Virus record (IMG/VR): IMGVR_UViG_3300032305_001754
Location: 1-28,528 of that record
DNA: 28,528 nt
DNA from: a virus
Lineage: Duplodnaviria > Caudoviricetes
Direction: 5' to 3' (one strand)
Made by a program: the position numbers and the translations under genes. A model generated the notes under the pieces. That model was given only the letters and a program-made list of their open reading frames with translations, was not told the origin of the DNA and made no database searches. This document shows, in pieces, positions 7,582 through 15,369 of the stretch; position 1 is the first letter of the stretch, and each line of letters starts with the position of its first letter.

Positions 7582-7943
7582 CGCATTCCCTCCTTTCGCC
7601 ATCCGACCATCAGCACCCGATGGGACGCAGACTCTAGCCACCATCTGAGGATCGCCTGGATCGCGTACTGGATCAGGGGCGACACGACGATCCAAAAGAG
7701 CGGGCCGAACTGAATCGCGTCGTCGCCGTACTCCGCGCAGTAGCGATTCTTGACCGAGCCCTGCCACGCTCGCGTGACGACTTCTTCTTCGCGGGAGCCC
7801 CGGTCAACGTAGGGCAGCACTTCGAGCGGCGCACGGTCGATGATCAGGTCGACGACCCGATCCATCCTCGCCCGCCCGATCAGGCGACTGCGGAGCAGTG
7901 GCATCTCCTGCCAGACGAGTTCCCGAAGTTCCTCTCGGTTCAC
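7578..7943 (-). CDS. Hypothetical protein with C-terminal hydrophobic helix
   Basis: Start re-called at GTG 7943 (GTGA overlap). FGPLFWIVVSPLIQYAIQAILRWW segment. Confidence 0.75.
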   Translation of the reverse strand: MNREELRELVWQEMPLLRSRLIGRARMDRVVDLIIDRAPLEVLPYVDRGSREEEVVTRAWQGSVKNRYCAEYGDDAIQFGPLFWIVVSPLIQYAIQAILRWWLESASHRVLMVGWRKEGMR

Positions 7944-8227
7944 TGCTTGCAACTCCCGCCGGGGCCGCACGACTTGGACTTGCACGGACACGACGGGTCG
8001 CACTCGCAGTCCACCAGCGCGAGTTTGTCGCCAGACAGCACCTTCCCCGTGCCGTTGCACTGACCGCAACACGGCTTCTCCGGCGACTCTCCGTCGGGCG
8101 ACGCCGACTCGGCCATCGCGCAGGCATAGGCGGCCTGGGCGAAGCACTCGCACAGCATCTCTCGCGGCGGCTCGTCTCGCACACAGCCGCAGAGGAGGAT
8201 CATCGTGACGAAAGCAGCCGCTCTCAC
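7940..8227 (-). CDS. Cys-rich putative lipoprotein
   Basis: Hydrophobic leader with LLCGC lipobox-like motif, CGQCNGTG (CxxCxGxG), CECDPSCPC. Confidence 0.7.
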   Translation of the reverse strand: MRAAAFVTMILLCGCVRDEPPREMLCECFAQAAYACAMAESASPDGESPEKPCCGQCNGTGKVLSGDKLALVDCECDPSCPCKSKSCGPGGSCKQ

Positions 8228-9147
8228 AACACGCCTCCAGTCCAGTCGGGAAGTTTGCGAGGCGGAAAGCCGTCGTAGTTCGACATCGCGAAGGTATCGC
8301 CCTGCCGGGCCATACGGTCAAACACCTCCGCATCAATCCAGAAGGTGGAGCCCCGGAACGGCACGGGCATATCGTCGGGATAGTGAGGCCCAGAGTTGGA
8401 AGAGTTGCCCCAAGAGTTCCAGATCAGCGCACCGGGCCGCTTGCCGTGCCTCTTCGAGATCGCGGCCATCGCGTGGCTCCAAGACCCCTTGGGGCGACAG
8501 AAGCCCTCGCTGTCTCTGGCGAACGTGAAGCCCACGTTGCTGCACACGGCCACGGGATACCCAGCCCCCACTGCGCGGCAGTAGTCGTCAAAGTTGCGAA
8601 TGAGCGTCGTCTCCTTGATGCGACGCTTCTTGGCGAACGGCTCCAGTTCGTCCGGAACTCCCGTGTCACCCCACTGCTTCTCTCGGAGGCCTGAGTATTC
8701 GGCGAAGACCGTGCCTTTGTAGTCCACGTCGTAGTGGAGCAGGCCCCAGTTCATCACAGCCTTGCAAGCAGCGGCTCCGTATGATCCGTCGGACGTGCCT
8801 GCTCGACGCTTGCCCCTGGCTTCGACCCTGCTAAAAGCATAAATCGAAGCCTCCAGCGTTCGGCCGTGCCAGTCTTCGGCCTCGCCGTGGACGGAAATTT
8901 CTGTAGAGGCCAGGATGTCCGCGCATCCAGCGTACGCATGGCCGACACAACTACCCACAGCCTGGGCCACGCGGCGGTACTTCGGGCAGACCTTGAGAAG
9001 GTACTGGTACAGGAAGACGTCTTTGTCCTCCTGCACCTTGAGTTTCGGCCCGCCCTCGCGGATCGTCGGGTACTTGAGCCCGCTGACGAACTTCTCGGTC
9101 TCGGCCGGGTTGGGTGTCCAACCTTCGGGCCTCCACGGCGATGCCAT
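8224..9147 (-). CDS. Papain-like (C1 family) cysteine peptidase
   Basis: QAVGSCVGHA (Q, C), WSHAMAAI (H), LIWNSWG (N) catalytic motifs in order. Confidence 0.9.
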   Translation of the reverse strand: MASPWRPEGWTPNPAETEKFVSGLKYPTIREGGPKLKVQEDKDVFLYQYLLKVCPKYRRVAQAVGSCVGHAYAGCADILASTEISVHGEAEDWHGRTLEASIYAFSRVEARGKRRAGTSDGSYGAAACKAVMNWGLLHYDVDYKGTVFAEYSGLREKQWGDTGVPDELEPFAKKRRIKETTLIRNFDDYCRAVGAGYPVAVCSNVGFTFARDSEGFCRPKGSWSHAMAAISKRHGKRPGALIWNSWGNSSNSGPHYPDDMPVPFRGSTFWIDAEVFDRMARQGDTFAMSNYDGFPPRKLPDWTGGVL

Positions 9148-9148
9148 G

Positions 9149-9601
9149 TCAGCCGTCCTTTCCGAGACCAGCCCAGGCGATCGCCTCGAACAGTTCGGCG
9201 GCCTTCTCCCGCATCTCGGGCGTCAGCCCCTGCCGCGAGTCGCCGATTGTGCTGTTGAAGGCTCCCTCGATCGCGTCCTTGAGGGCCGGATACTTGCCCG
9301 GCGAGTTGTCGGCCATCCCTCGCCAGATGAACGACAGGATCGCGACGTGAACAGCCCGCAGGCCGTCCGTCGTTTCGATCGCCGGCGAGGCCTTCGTGAT
9401 CTTCGCGGCGTTCTGGTAGATGTACTGCAACCAGAGCCTGTCCACCGCGCTCATGGCGGAGACGGCCCTGGCGACCGGCCTGACTTCTGCCTTCATGGAT
9501 TCAGTCGGCTCCGGAATGGACGGAGACGTGGTCAGACTCGGAGGCCCGGCAAACGCGATGGCGACGAGGATCGCCGCCGCGAGCAGTCTTGCGACCTTCA
9601 T
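9149..9601 (-). CDS. Secreted or membrane-anchored helical protein
   Basis: Signal peptide-like MKVARLLAAAILVAIAFA and Pro/Ser linker. Confidence 0.75.
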   Translation of the reverse strand: MKVARLLAAAILVAIAFAGPPSLTTSPSIPEPTESMKAEVRPVARAVSAMSAVDRLWLQYIYQNAAKITKASPAIETTDGLRAVHVAILSFIWRGMADNSPGKYPALKDAIEGAFNSTIGDSRQGLTPEMREKAAELFEAIAWAGLGKDG

Positions 9602-9607
9602 GTCTGC

Positions 9608-9889
9608 TCACTTCCTCTGGGGTTCGGGCTGAAGCAGGACGTCGAGAAGTTGCTGACACAACTCGACTCCCCGCTTGTTTCCGGCGGCCTGGAGCCGTCT
9701 CGCCATCTCGACGACGGTGAAGGCGTCGTCTTTGGATTCGGTGACGGGCCGTCCTTCGGCACCAGTCCGCCCCCAGGTTCGGAGCCGAGCGACTGCCGCT
9801 TGGGAATGAGCCACCAGACTGGGGCCTGCCACAAGAACAGCCGCCGCCACGACGGCAGCGGAGCGAAGAGCGAACTCATAGTCGATCAT
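9608..9889 (-). CDS. Hypothetical membrane-anchored protein
   Basis: Start re-called at ATG 9889 (ATGA overlap). N-terminal hydrophobic helix. Confidence 0.75.
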   Translation of the reverse strand: MIDYEFALRSAAVVAAAVLVAGPSLVAHSQAAVARLRTWGRTGAEGRPVTESKDDAFTVVEMARRLQAAGNKRGVELCQQLLDVLLQPEPQRK

Positions 9890-10164
9890 GCCTGCACCTT
9901 GCCGATCACCCAACGCAGAAATGCCTCGCCCTCGTCCGACCGCAGCACGGCAGAGAGGTGCGACACCAGTTCGTCGTCGACCTTCGTGGCATCCGTCTTG
10001 GAAGCGAGCCACTCGCAGCACTCCGCGACGACAATCGCCTTGCGGTGCGGGTCGTCGGTCGCCAGGAACGCCTGGACGAACGTCATCACGGGAGCCCACT
10101 CCTGGAACAACCGCAGTTTTTCCCAGAGCGACAGGCTCGCGCCGTACTTGTTGTCGGTGGTCAT
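9886..10164 (-). CDS. Hypothetical helical protein
   Basis: 92 aa, AGGAGG SD, KT..T.VDDELV motif. Confidence 0.75.
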   Translation of the reverse strand: MTTDNKYGASLSLWEKLRLFQEWAPVMTFVQAFLATDDPHRKAIVVAECCEWLASKTDATKVDDELVSHLSAVLRSDEGEAFLRWVIGKVQA

Positions 10165-10184
10165 AGAAGCAGCCCTCCTGTGCC

Positions 10185-10222
10185 GCTTCTCTCACCCTAG
10201 CAATCTCGGGCTATGCACCCGA
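10185..10222 (-). promoter_or_regulatory. Putative promoter with extended -10 (TGcTAGGGT)
   Basis: ATTGCTAGGGTGagAGAAGC, near-identical to the element at 1057-1075. Confidence 0.5.
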
Positions 10223-10624
10223 AGTATCCGCCAAGTCTTCGATCGACATTCTTTCGTCGCCGCCGCCGGAGTAGCCGCCGCTGAATGCCGAGTCGGAGAT
10301 CACCCTGATTTCGACAGGCAGAGGGGACTGACTGCCGCCGACGAGCCGCCGGGATCGCTCCTCGTCCGACCAAGTTGCCTGGAACTCCAGGCACTTCTGT
10401 CGAATTTCTTCGGGCGAGGGCAGATACGCCGTCCGCTTGCCGGCCTTCGAGTTGTGCCAACTCTCGCGGCGGGGGAGTTTCAGGGCTCTTCGAGCGACGT
10501 CACACCGATCCGCTGATATTCGCAGCGTCTCAGCGATGATTCGGGTCGGCGAGCCCTCCAGCCACATCTTCGTGAAGGTCACCGTGCAGACGTTCGCCGG
10601 CACCTTCAGGTTTTTCTTCGTCAT
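10211..10624 (-). CDS. GcrA-like HTH protein with PxPEEI motif
   Basis: KMWLEGSPTRIIAETLRIS...RRALKLPRR resembles the GcrA N-terminal HTH, followed by PSPEEIRQKCLEFQATWSDEERSRR. Start uncertain; overlaps the upstream gene by about 95 nt. Confidence 0.7.
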   Translation of the reverse strand: MTKKNLKVPANVCTVTFTKMWLEGSPTRIIAETLRISADRCDVARRALKLPRRESWHNSKAGKRTAYLPSPEEIRQKCLEFQATWSDEERSRRLVGGSQSPLPVEIRVISDSAFSGGYSGGGDERMSIEDLADTSGA

Positions 10625-11510
10625 CGGGAACCCAGAAGGATACAACCCTCTGCGACGGATTGAGGTAGCAGTCCCCTCCGCAAGTCCTCCAGTGCGAGAC
10701 GTGTTCGCAGTCGCCGCCTCGATATGTCCCCTCCAGGTATCGTCGTGTTCGGTAGACGGCCAACTGGCCGAAGGCTGAGTTCATCCGGATCGGCTCGCCG
10801 CCCACGGGCGGGTGCCAGAGGTGGAACCAGAGTTCGCTTCGCTCGTCCCAGTGGTTCCAGCGACACGCCCACGCGTCGTACTGCGCCTCGATGATCGCGT
10901 TGCCGAACTGCGGCATTCGCCACTTGGCCCAGGAGTACGAAGCCATGCCAGCCGCGTAGCCCCAGTCCTGATGCCAGGAGTCGGCCTCGTCGAGTTCGTT
11001 CTCGTAGTCTTCGAGCCAGCCGACCGTGTTCGCGATGCCGTTCACCGACCAGCCGCCCCAGGGGTCGGTGTCGAAGACGATCGTGTACTCGAAGTCCGGC
11101 ACGTTGCGGCGAACCCAGTCGCGGCACTCGTTGCGATACTCAGCGAGCGGGAAAGTGCGGTCGGCCGCCTTCGTGTAGTTGAGGTGCGGTCGGTTCTTCG
11201 TGTTGAGGCTCACCGAGAGACGGTCGCAAGCCCGAGCCGCCTCGGCCAGGAAGTCCTGCGTCCCGTCGGTCGAGTCGTTCTCGTAGATGAAGCATCGCCA
11301 GTCCTTGAACAGCGACGCCGTCTGCTCGACTCGCTGCATCGTCATGCCGAGCCACGGCATCGCGTTGCGGCAGATCGCCACGAACGCGACCCGCATCTCG
11401 CTCGCCTCGCGGCGGCCGAAGTCCACGCGATCCCAATACTGGCGAGTGAACGCCGCGTCGGGTGGCAGGATCAGGTCAGGGTCGTGGCGAGCAATCTCGG
11501 CAAGACTCAT
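10530..11510 (-). CDS. GT-A glycosyltransferase, CAP59/GT69-like
   Basis: ICRN, IYENDSTDGT, LAEYRN, FDTD (DxD), NSAFGQLAVY, DCEH, YLNP. Start at ATG 11510 (ATGA overlap) or 11519. Confidence 0.8.
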   Translation of the reverse strand: MSLAEIARHDPDLILPPDAAFTRQYWDRVDFGRREASEMRVAFVAICRNAMPWLGMTMQRVEQTASLFKDWRCFIYENDSTDGTQDFLAEAARACDRLSVSLNTKNRPHLNYTKAADRTFPLAEYRNECRDWVRRNVPDFEYTIVFDTDPWGGWSVNGIANTVGWLEDYENELDEADSWHQDWGYAAGMASYSWAKWRMPQFGNAIIEAQYDAWACRWNHWDERSELWFHLWHPPVGGEPIRMNSAFGQLAVYRTRRYLEGTYRGGDCEHVSHWRTCGGDCYLNPSQRVVSFWVPDDEEKPEGAGERLHGDLHEDVAGGLADPNHR

Positions 11511-12175
11511 CGTTGCCATGTTGCGAACATCTCCGTCTGGGCTTCGCCCGTGGAGCCCGGCGGCCACGGGTGCGTTAGGACATATCCTTGTCCGTCGAGT
11601 GTCGAGAGTTCCGGGTAGGCGTAGACCCCAGGCACCGAGCCCGGCGACTGTTGGCTTCCCTCCGAATGGACGTGCCTCGTCCGCACATCGATCGCGGGGT
11701 TCAGTACGCCGCAGCCAGCCGCGACCATCTCGCCCAGGAACGCGTTCTCGCACCCAGTGACGCCGAGCGGAATTGACGCCGCTCGCTCCGGCCGATGCAC
11801 CTGACCTCCGACGAACACCCACACGTCCTGACTGCCCGAGAAGAATCTGTCGTGGACTGAGTGTCCAATCATGCGAGGGCTCGTCGCGTTCTCCCACCGA
11901 GTGATCGCCAGCATTCGCTTGCCGCCGACCATCTCGCCAGCCACGGCGATCGTCGAGTCGAAGAGGATGTCCGTGTTCGCGACGACGACTGGCTTGCCGG
12001 AGCAAGTCTCAGCCGCGAGCAGGAGGAAGTCGCCGTATGTCCATCGCTTCTGGCTGCCGTCAACGTAGATGCACCGCTCGAACAGTCCGCTCGACTCGTT
12101 CACCTCACGGACGTCCGCCAACTCCTTCGCCCTGGTCTCGCTCTCTGGCGTGAACCACTGAGAAAGCAGGATCAT
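11507..12175 (-). CDS. Putative GT-A fold glycosyltransferase
   Basis: R.KEL, RWTY, VANTDILFD, AITRW, SQDVWVF, LG..GCEN, NP...RHVH motifs. Confidence 0.7.
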   Translation of the reverse strand: MILLSQWFTPESETRAKELADVREVNESSGLFERCIYVDGSQKRWTYGDFLLLAAETCSGKPVVVANTDILFDSTIAVAGEMVGGKRMLAITRWENATSPRMIGHSVHDRFFSGSQDVWVFVGGQVHRPERAASIPLGVTGCENAFLGEMVAAGCGVLNPAIDVRTRHVHSEGSQQSPGSVPGVYAYPELSTLDGQGYVLTHPWPPGSTGEAQTEMFATWQR

Positions 12176-12777
12176 TGATTCGCCCTACCGATCAGCCAGC
12201 AGTGGCCTGGGTGAGCCGTGGGAGACGGATGACGATGGAGTTCGACTCGCTTGCCGAGCCTCCACAACTGATCTGCCACCGCCGGTCGCGTGTCGTGGCA
12301 TTCGACGATGAACAGCGTCCGAGACCACCGACCGTCTGCCGAGCATCCCAGCAAGACGTCGCACTCAGCGCCTTCGACGTCGATCTTGACGACGTCGGCG
12401 CCTTCGGGGTGAGCCTCGTCGAGCGAGACAGTCCTCACGTCGATCGTGGCCGTGACGGGAGCCGGGGCCTGTGAGCCCGCACCGATCGGGTGATGTTCCA
12501 GGAGCGAGTTCTGCCCAGCGTCGGGCCGGAGGAAGAACGAGGCCGTGCCGTCGGTTGAGGAGACGGCGGCCGCGATCACCGTCACGTTGTCGGACTCGGT
12601 GATCCGCACTCTCGCGCGGCTGTCGGGCTCGTAGGCCACGACGCGGGTGAAAATCTTGGCGAACTCGGACGTCCAGTCTCCGACATTCGCACCGACGTCG
12701 ATCGCCAACTCTCGCCTCCGCAGCGAGCCGATGCCGCTGCCAACTGCGTCGACGAGCCAGTATTCCTCGATCGCCAA
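12172..12777 (-). CDS. FkbM-family SAM-dependent methyltransferase
   Basis: IDVGANVG, VVAYEP, VSLD, VKIDVEGAE, IVECH. Confidence 0.9.
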   Translation of the reverse strand: MAIEEYWLVDAVGSGIGSLRRRELAIDVGANVGDWTSEFAKIFTRVVAYEPDSRARVRITESDNVTVIAAAVSSTDGTASFFLRPDAGQNSLLEHHPIGAGSQAPAPVTATIDVRTVSLDEAHPEGADVVKIDVEGAECDVLLGCSADGRWSRTLFIVECHDTRPAVADQLWRLGKRVELHRHPSPTAHPGHCWLIGRANQ

Positions 12778-12780
12778 GCG

Positions 12781-13104
12781 TTACCTCCTGCTGATTGACA
12801 GTGACTCGGCAACTCCGATGAGTTCGCCCTCGCGGTAAGCCGGAGGCCTCCAGCGGCGGGGAGCGCCACCGACCGCCCGTCGCCTTCGCTCGCTCGGCGT
12901 CCATGAGTCGCGAACCTCGGCGGCCCGCTCCGCGATCTCCTCCGGCGTGGGGCCGACTTCGGGATCGCGGAGGTCGTCGAGCGACAGGCCCCACGACCGA
13001 ATCCTGGCGTAGATCACCTGATTCGAGGCCTTGAACCTCTTAGCCACCTCGGCCACCGACGTCGACTCGACGATCGCAGCCTGGAGGGTCTCCTTCGTGA
13101 GCAT
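12781..13104 (-). CDS. HTH protein with PxPEEI motif
   Basis: Start re-called at ATG 13104 (GGGAG SD). SVAEVAKRFKASNQVIYARIRSWGL HTH, then PTPEEIAERAAEVRDSWTPSERRRR. Confidence 0.75.
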   Translation of the reverse strand: MLTKETLQAAIVESTSVAEVAKRFKASNQVIYARIRSWGLSLDDLRDPEVGPTPEEIAERAAEVRDSWTPSERRRRAVGGAPRRWRPPAYREGELIGVAESLSISRR

Positions 13105-13162
13105 GGCAAAACTCCCTGGGGTGAGTGAGGCGAGCCGAATGGCTCCACCCGGCGGAGACGGA

Positions 13163-13648
13163 CTATTCATCCGCTCCGCCGGGCAGAGACCACCGGAGGG
13201 GCTTGTGTTCGAGAACGAGCGACAGTCGCCAGTCGTCCCCGAAAAGTTCGTAGAGCCGGATGTCCGTGAACCCGAGCGAGTGGGCCACGCCGATGCAATC
13301 CGGAGAGAAGATGGCGACAGGGCTGTCCGGATCGAGCGCTCGGCTCGCGACGAGCATCGCGACCGCAGCGCGGCAGCAGCCCCGCCGACGAAAGTCGGGG
13401 TGCGTGAAGCCCTCGATGGTTTGCAAGCCTCGCCACTGATGCGACGCCGCCCAGGCGGCGATCCTCCATGATCCTTCGCGAACCAGAGCAATCGGAGTTC
13501 GCGATCCCTCGCGGCTCATCACCTCGACCTGGAACTCGCTGCCGGCCCTCGTCAGCGACGACGTAATGGCCTTCGCATCGAGATCGTCAAGGCTTCCGAC
13601 GACCGTGGTTATCGCTTCCAGACAACGAGGTGTCAATGGTTTTTTCAT
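13163..13648 (-). CDS. GNAT-family acetyltransferase
   Basis: FTHPDFRRRG..RA acetyl-CoA binding motif A and a downstream SLGF motif. Confidence 0.75.
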   Translation of the reverse strand: MKKPLTPRCLEAITTVVGSLDDLDAKAITSSLTRAGSEFQVEVMSREGSRTPIALVREGSWRIAAWAASHQWRGLQTIEGFTHPDFRRRGCCRAAVAMLVASRALDPDSPVAIFSPDCIGVAHSLGFTDIRLYELFGDDWRLSLVLEHKPLRWSLPGGADE

Positions 13649-13974
13649 GTTTCACCTGAGGTTTGACCGTCACTCTCACAGACTTGGTCACAGACTTGCC
13701 GCGATCCGCCTTCCACCGCACTACCCTCTTCATCGCAGATCACCTCGCTGTTGGTCTCGATCCAAACTCTTGCCCCGCACGGCAGCGGCTCATGCGGGCT
13801 GTGGACGATCCGGCTCGGCCCGGTGATGTGGGCTGTGTGGGCCTTGCGGGCCGAGACGGGCTTCGCGTGTCGGGCTTCCGACGCGAACGTCTTGACCGTG
13901 AGCGGCGGATCGTTGCGGCCGTGCTTGCGGTTCAGGGCGATGATCTGCTGGTGAACGTGGACAATCGTTCTCAC
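13645..13974 (-). CDS. Conserved hypothetical phage protein
   Basis: Start re-called at GTG 13974 (GTGA overlap). IVHVHQQ.I..NRK...P.LTVK...GPSRIV.SP..PLPCGARVWIET family motif. Confidence 0.8.
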   Translation of the reverse strand: MRTIVHVHQQIIALNRKHGRNDPPLTVKTFASEARHAKPVSARKAHTAHITGPSRIVHSPHEPLPCGARVWIETNSEVICDEEGSAVEGGSRQVCDQVCESDGQTSGET

Positions 13975-14255
13975 GGCTGCTGGCCTCGCACAAAGACGGG
14001 AGCGAACGGCTGGTCGCACTTGCTCAGGGTGTTGAAGTAGAAGTACGCGACCGCCTCCTCCTCCGTGATGTCTCCCTCTCCCACCACGATGTCGATGCAG
14101 ACGTCGTAGTCGTAGACTGCGGACGGCTTGGCGGCGACCGTGAAGCCGATGTAGGCCTGCTCGAAGCCCTTGCAGACCAGGGCCTCGGGGTTGACCTCGC
14201 ACAGCGAGGCGTAGACCTTGCTTGGATCAGTGCCGTACCCAGCCACCGCGATCAT
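13971..14255 (-). CDS. Conserved small acidic phage protein (paralog of 15109-15369)
   Basis: N.EAL...GFEQA..G...AVYD...CI.I.V...EEEA..F..NTL...P.FV. Confidence 0.8.
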   Translation of the reverse strand: MIAVAGYGTDPSKVYASLCEVNPEALVCKGFEQAYIGFTVAAKPSAVYDYDVCIDIVVGEGDITEEEAVAYFYFNTLSKCDQPFAPVFVRGQQP

Positions 14256-14264
14256 TGTCGCTCC

Positions 14265-14552
14265 TTATCGATCCCATCGATCGAGAATCTCTTCCGCCTG
14301 GGCCTTGCTGGTCACCACCTCGGCGACGGCGCCGCCGACGGTTCGCAGTTCCTCCATCACATGAACCTGGAGCGGCGTCGGCTTTTTGCCCGGTTGCTTC
14401 ACCTCCAGGAACACGGCCCGTCCGTTCTTGATGCACAACACGTCGGGAATGCCGGGCCGCTGGAAGGCGCCGCCGGCGACCTTGAGAACCCACCAGCCGC
14501 GAGCCTTCGCGGACTGTTGGATCGACTTCGTGATGGTGGACTCAAGGGCCAC
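14265..14552 (-). CDS. VRR-NUC domain nuclease (Holliday junction resolvase-like)
   Basis: LES.I, GIPDVL, FLEVKQPGKKPTPLQ. GGAGGG SD. Confidence 0.9.
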   Translation of the reverse strand: MALESTITKSIQQSAKARGWWVLKVAGGAFQRPGIPDVLCIKNGRAVFLEVKQPGKKPTPLQVHVMEELRTVGGAVAEVVTSKAQAEEILDRWDR

Positions 14553-15069
14553 GGCGACCCTCCCTCCACGCTCGCTTCATGGACTCCGAGATTTTCGCTC
14601 GCGTCTCCTTGCTGAGGACTCGCCCACGGTTGGCGTACTTCATCGCGAGGCTGATCTTTTCGCGGGTGGACGGGTCGAGGTGGATGTCTCGCATCCGAGC
14701 GCTGATCAACTCGCGAGTCTCGGGCGAGTGCGTCCTGCCTTGGCGATAGTCGCGAAGCCGCTGCCTCGATTCCTCGGTGTGCCTGTGGCCGTAGCCGCCC
14801 CGGCCGCCCGTCTTGATGTTGTAGGTGTCCTCCCGTTTGCAGAACTCCTCCGTGACGACCTCGGCCTCGCGGGTGTAGGCCTCGTCGAGCGAGCCGCAGA
14901 CAAAGAGCGTTCGTCGCTCGAAGGCTTCGGCGCCGTGCTTCGCAATCGCCGCGAGCAGGGCCGTGCCGGAGCCCAGGTATCCGTCGAAGTCTTCTCCGTC
15001 CTGGAGGTGGACTCCGACGTAGACCTTGCCGCTGACTAGGTTGCGGGTCTCATAGACGATCCATCGCAC
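14542..15069 (-). CDS. GIY-YIG (Seg-like) homing endonuclease with NUMOD3-type repeats
   Basis: IVYETRNLVSGKVYVG, YLGSG, E...YN..GG, then HTEESRQRL / HSPETRELIS / STREKIS / SKETRAKIS. Confidence 0.9.
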   Translation of the reverse strand: MRWIVYETRNLVSGKVYVGVHLQDGEDFDGYLGSGTALLAAIAKHGAEAFERRTLFVCGSLDEAYTREAEVVTEEFCKREDTYNIKTGGRGGYGHRHTEESRQRLRDYRQGRTHSPETRELISARMRDIHLDPSTREKISLAMKYANRGRVLSKETRAKISESMKRAWREGRRGP

Positions 15070-15108
15070 CGATCAGTCTCTCGCGGGTTCCCCTCCGCGA
15101 ATGACTTC

Positions 15109-15369
15109 TCAACTCCAGACGAACAGAGGCCCGTTCTCTCCGACGTACGCTCCGAGTGTGTTCAGCGAGAAGAACTCCTCGGCCTCCTCCTCGCTCATGC
15201 CGTCACGGCGAACGAGGATCGCGATGCACTTCTTGGCGTCGTAGACAGCGACGTTCGGATGGTGATAGTTCGACGTGTACCCGACCAGGGCCTGCTCGAA
15301 GCCGTCGGCCAGCAGCGCCTCGGAGTTCAACTCAGCGAGAGCCTCGGAGATGTCGTCGAAGCGGCTCAC
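15109..15369 (-). CDS. Conserved small acidic phage protein
   Basis: Start re-called at GTG 15369 (GTGA overlap). LADGFEQALVG...AVYD...DGMSEEEAEEFFSLNTLGAYVGE.GPLFV. Confidence 0.85.
   Translation of the reverse strand: MSRFDDISEALAELNSEALLADGFEQALVGYTSNYHHPNVAVYDAKKCIAILVRRDGMSEEEAEEFFSLNTLGAYVGENGPLFVWS

Noticed and set aside
13606-13636. Promoter from a perfect TTGACA at the GNAT 5' end
   Set aside because: It lies inside the coding region and the -10 at 17 nt (GATAAC) is poor. Kept only as weak support for the operator motif.
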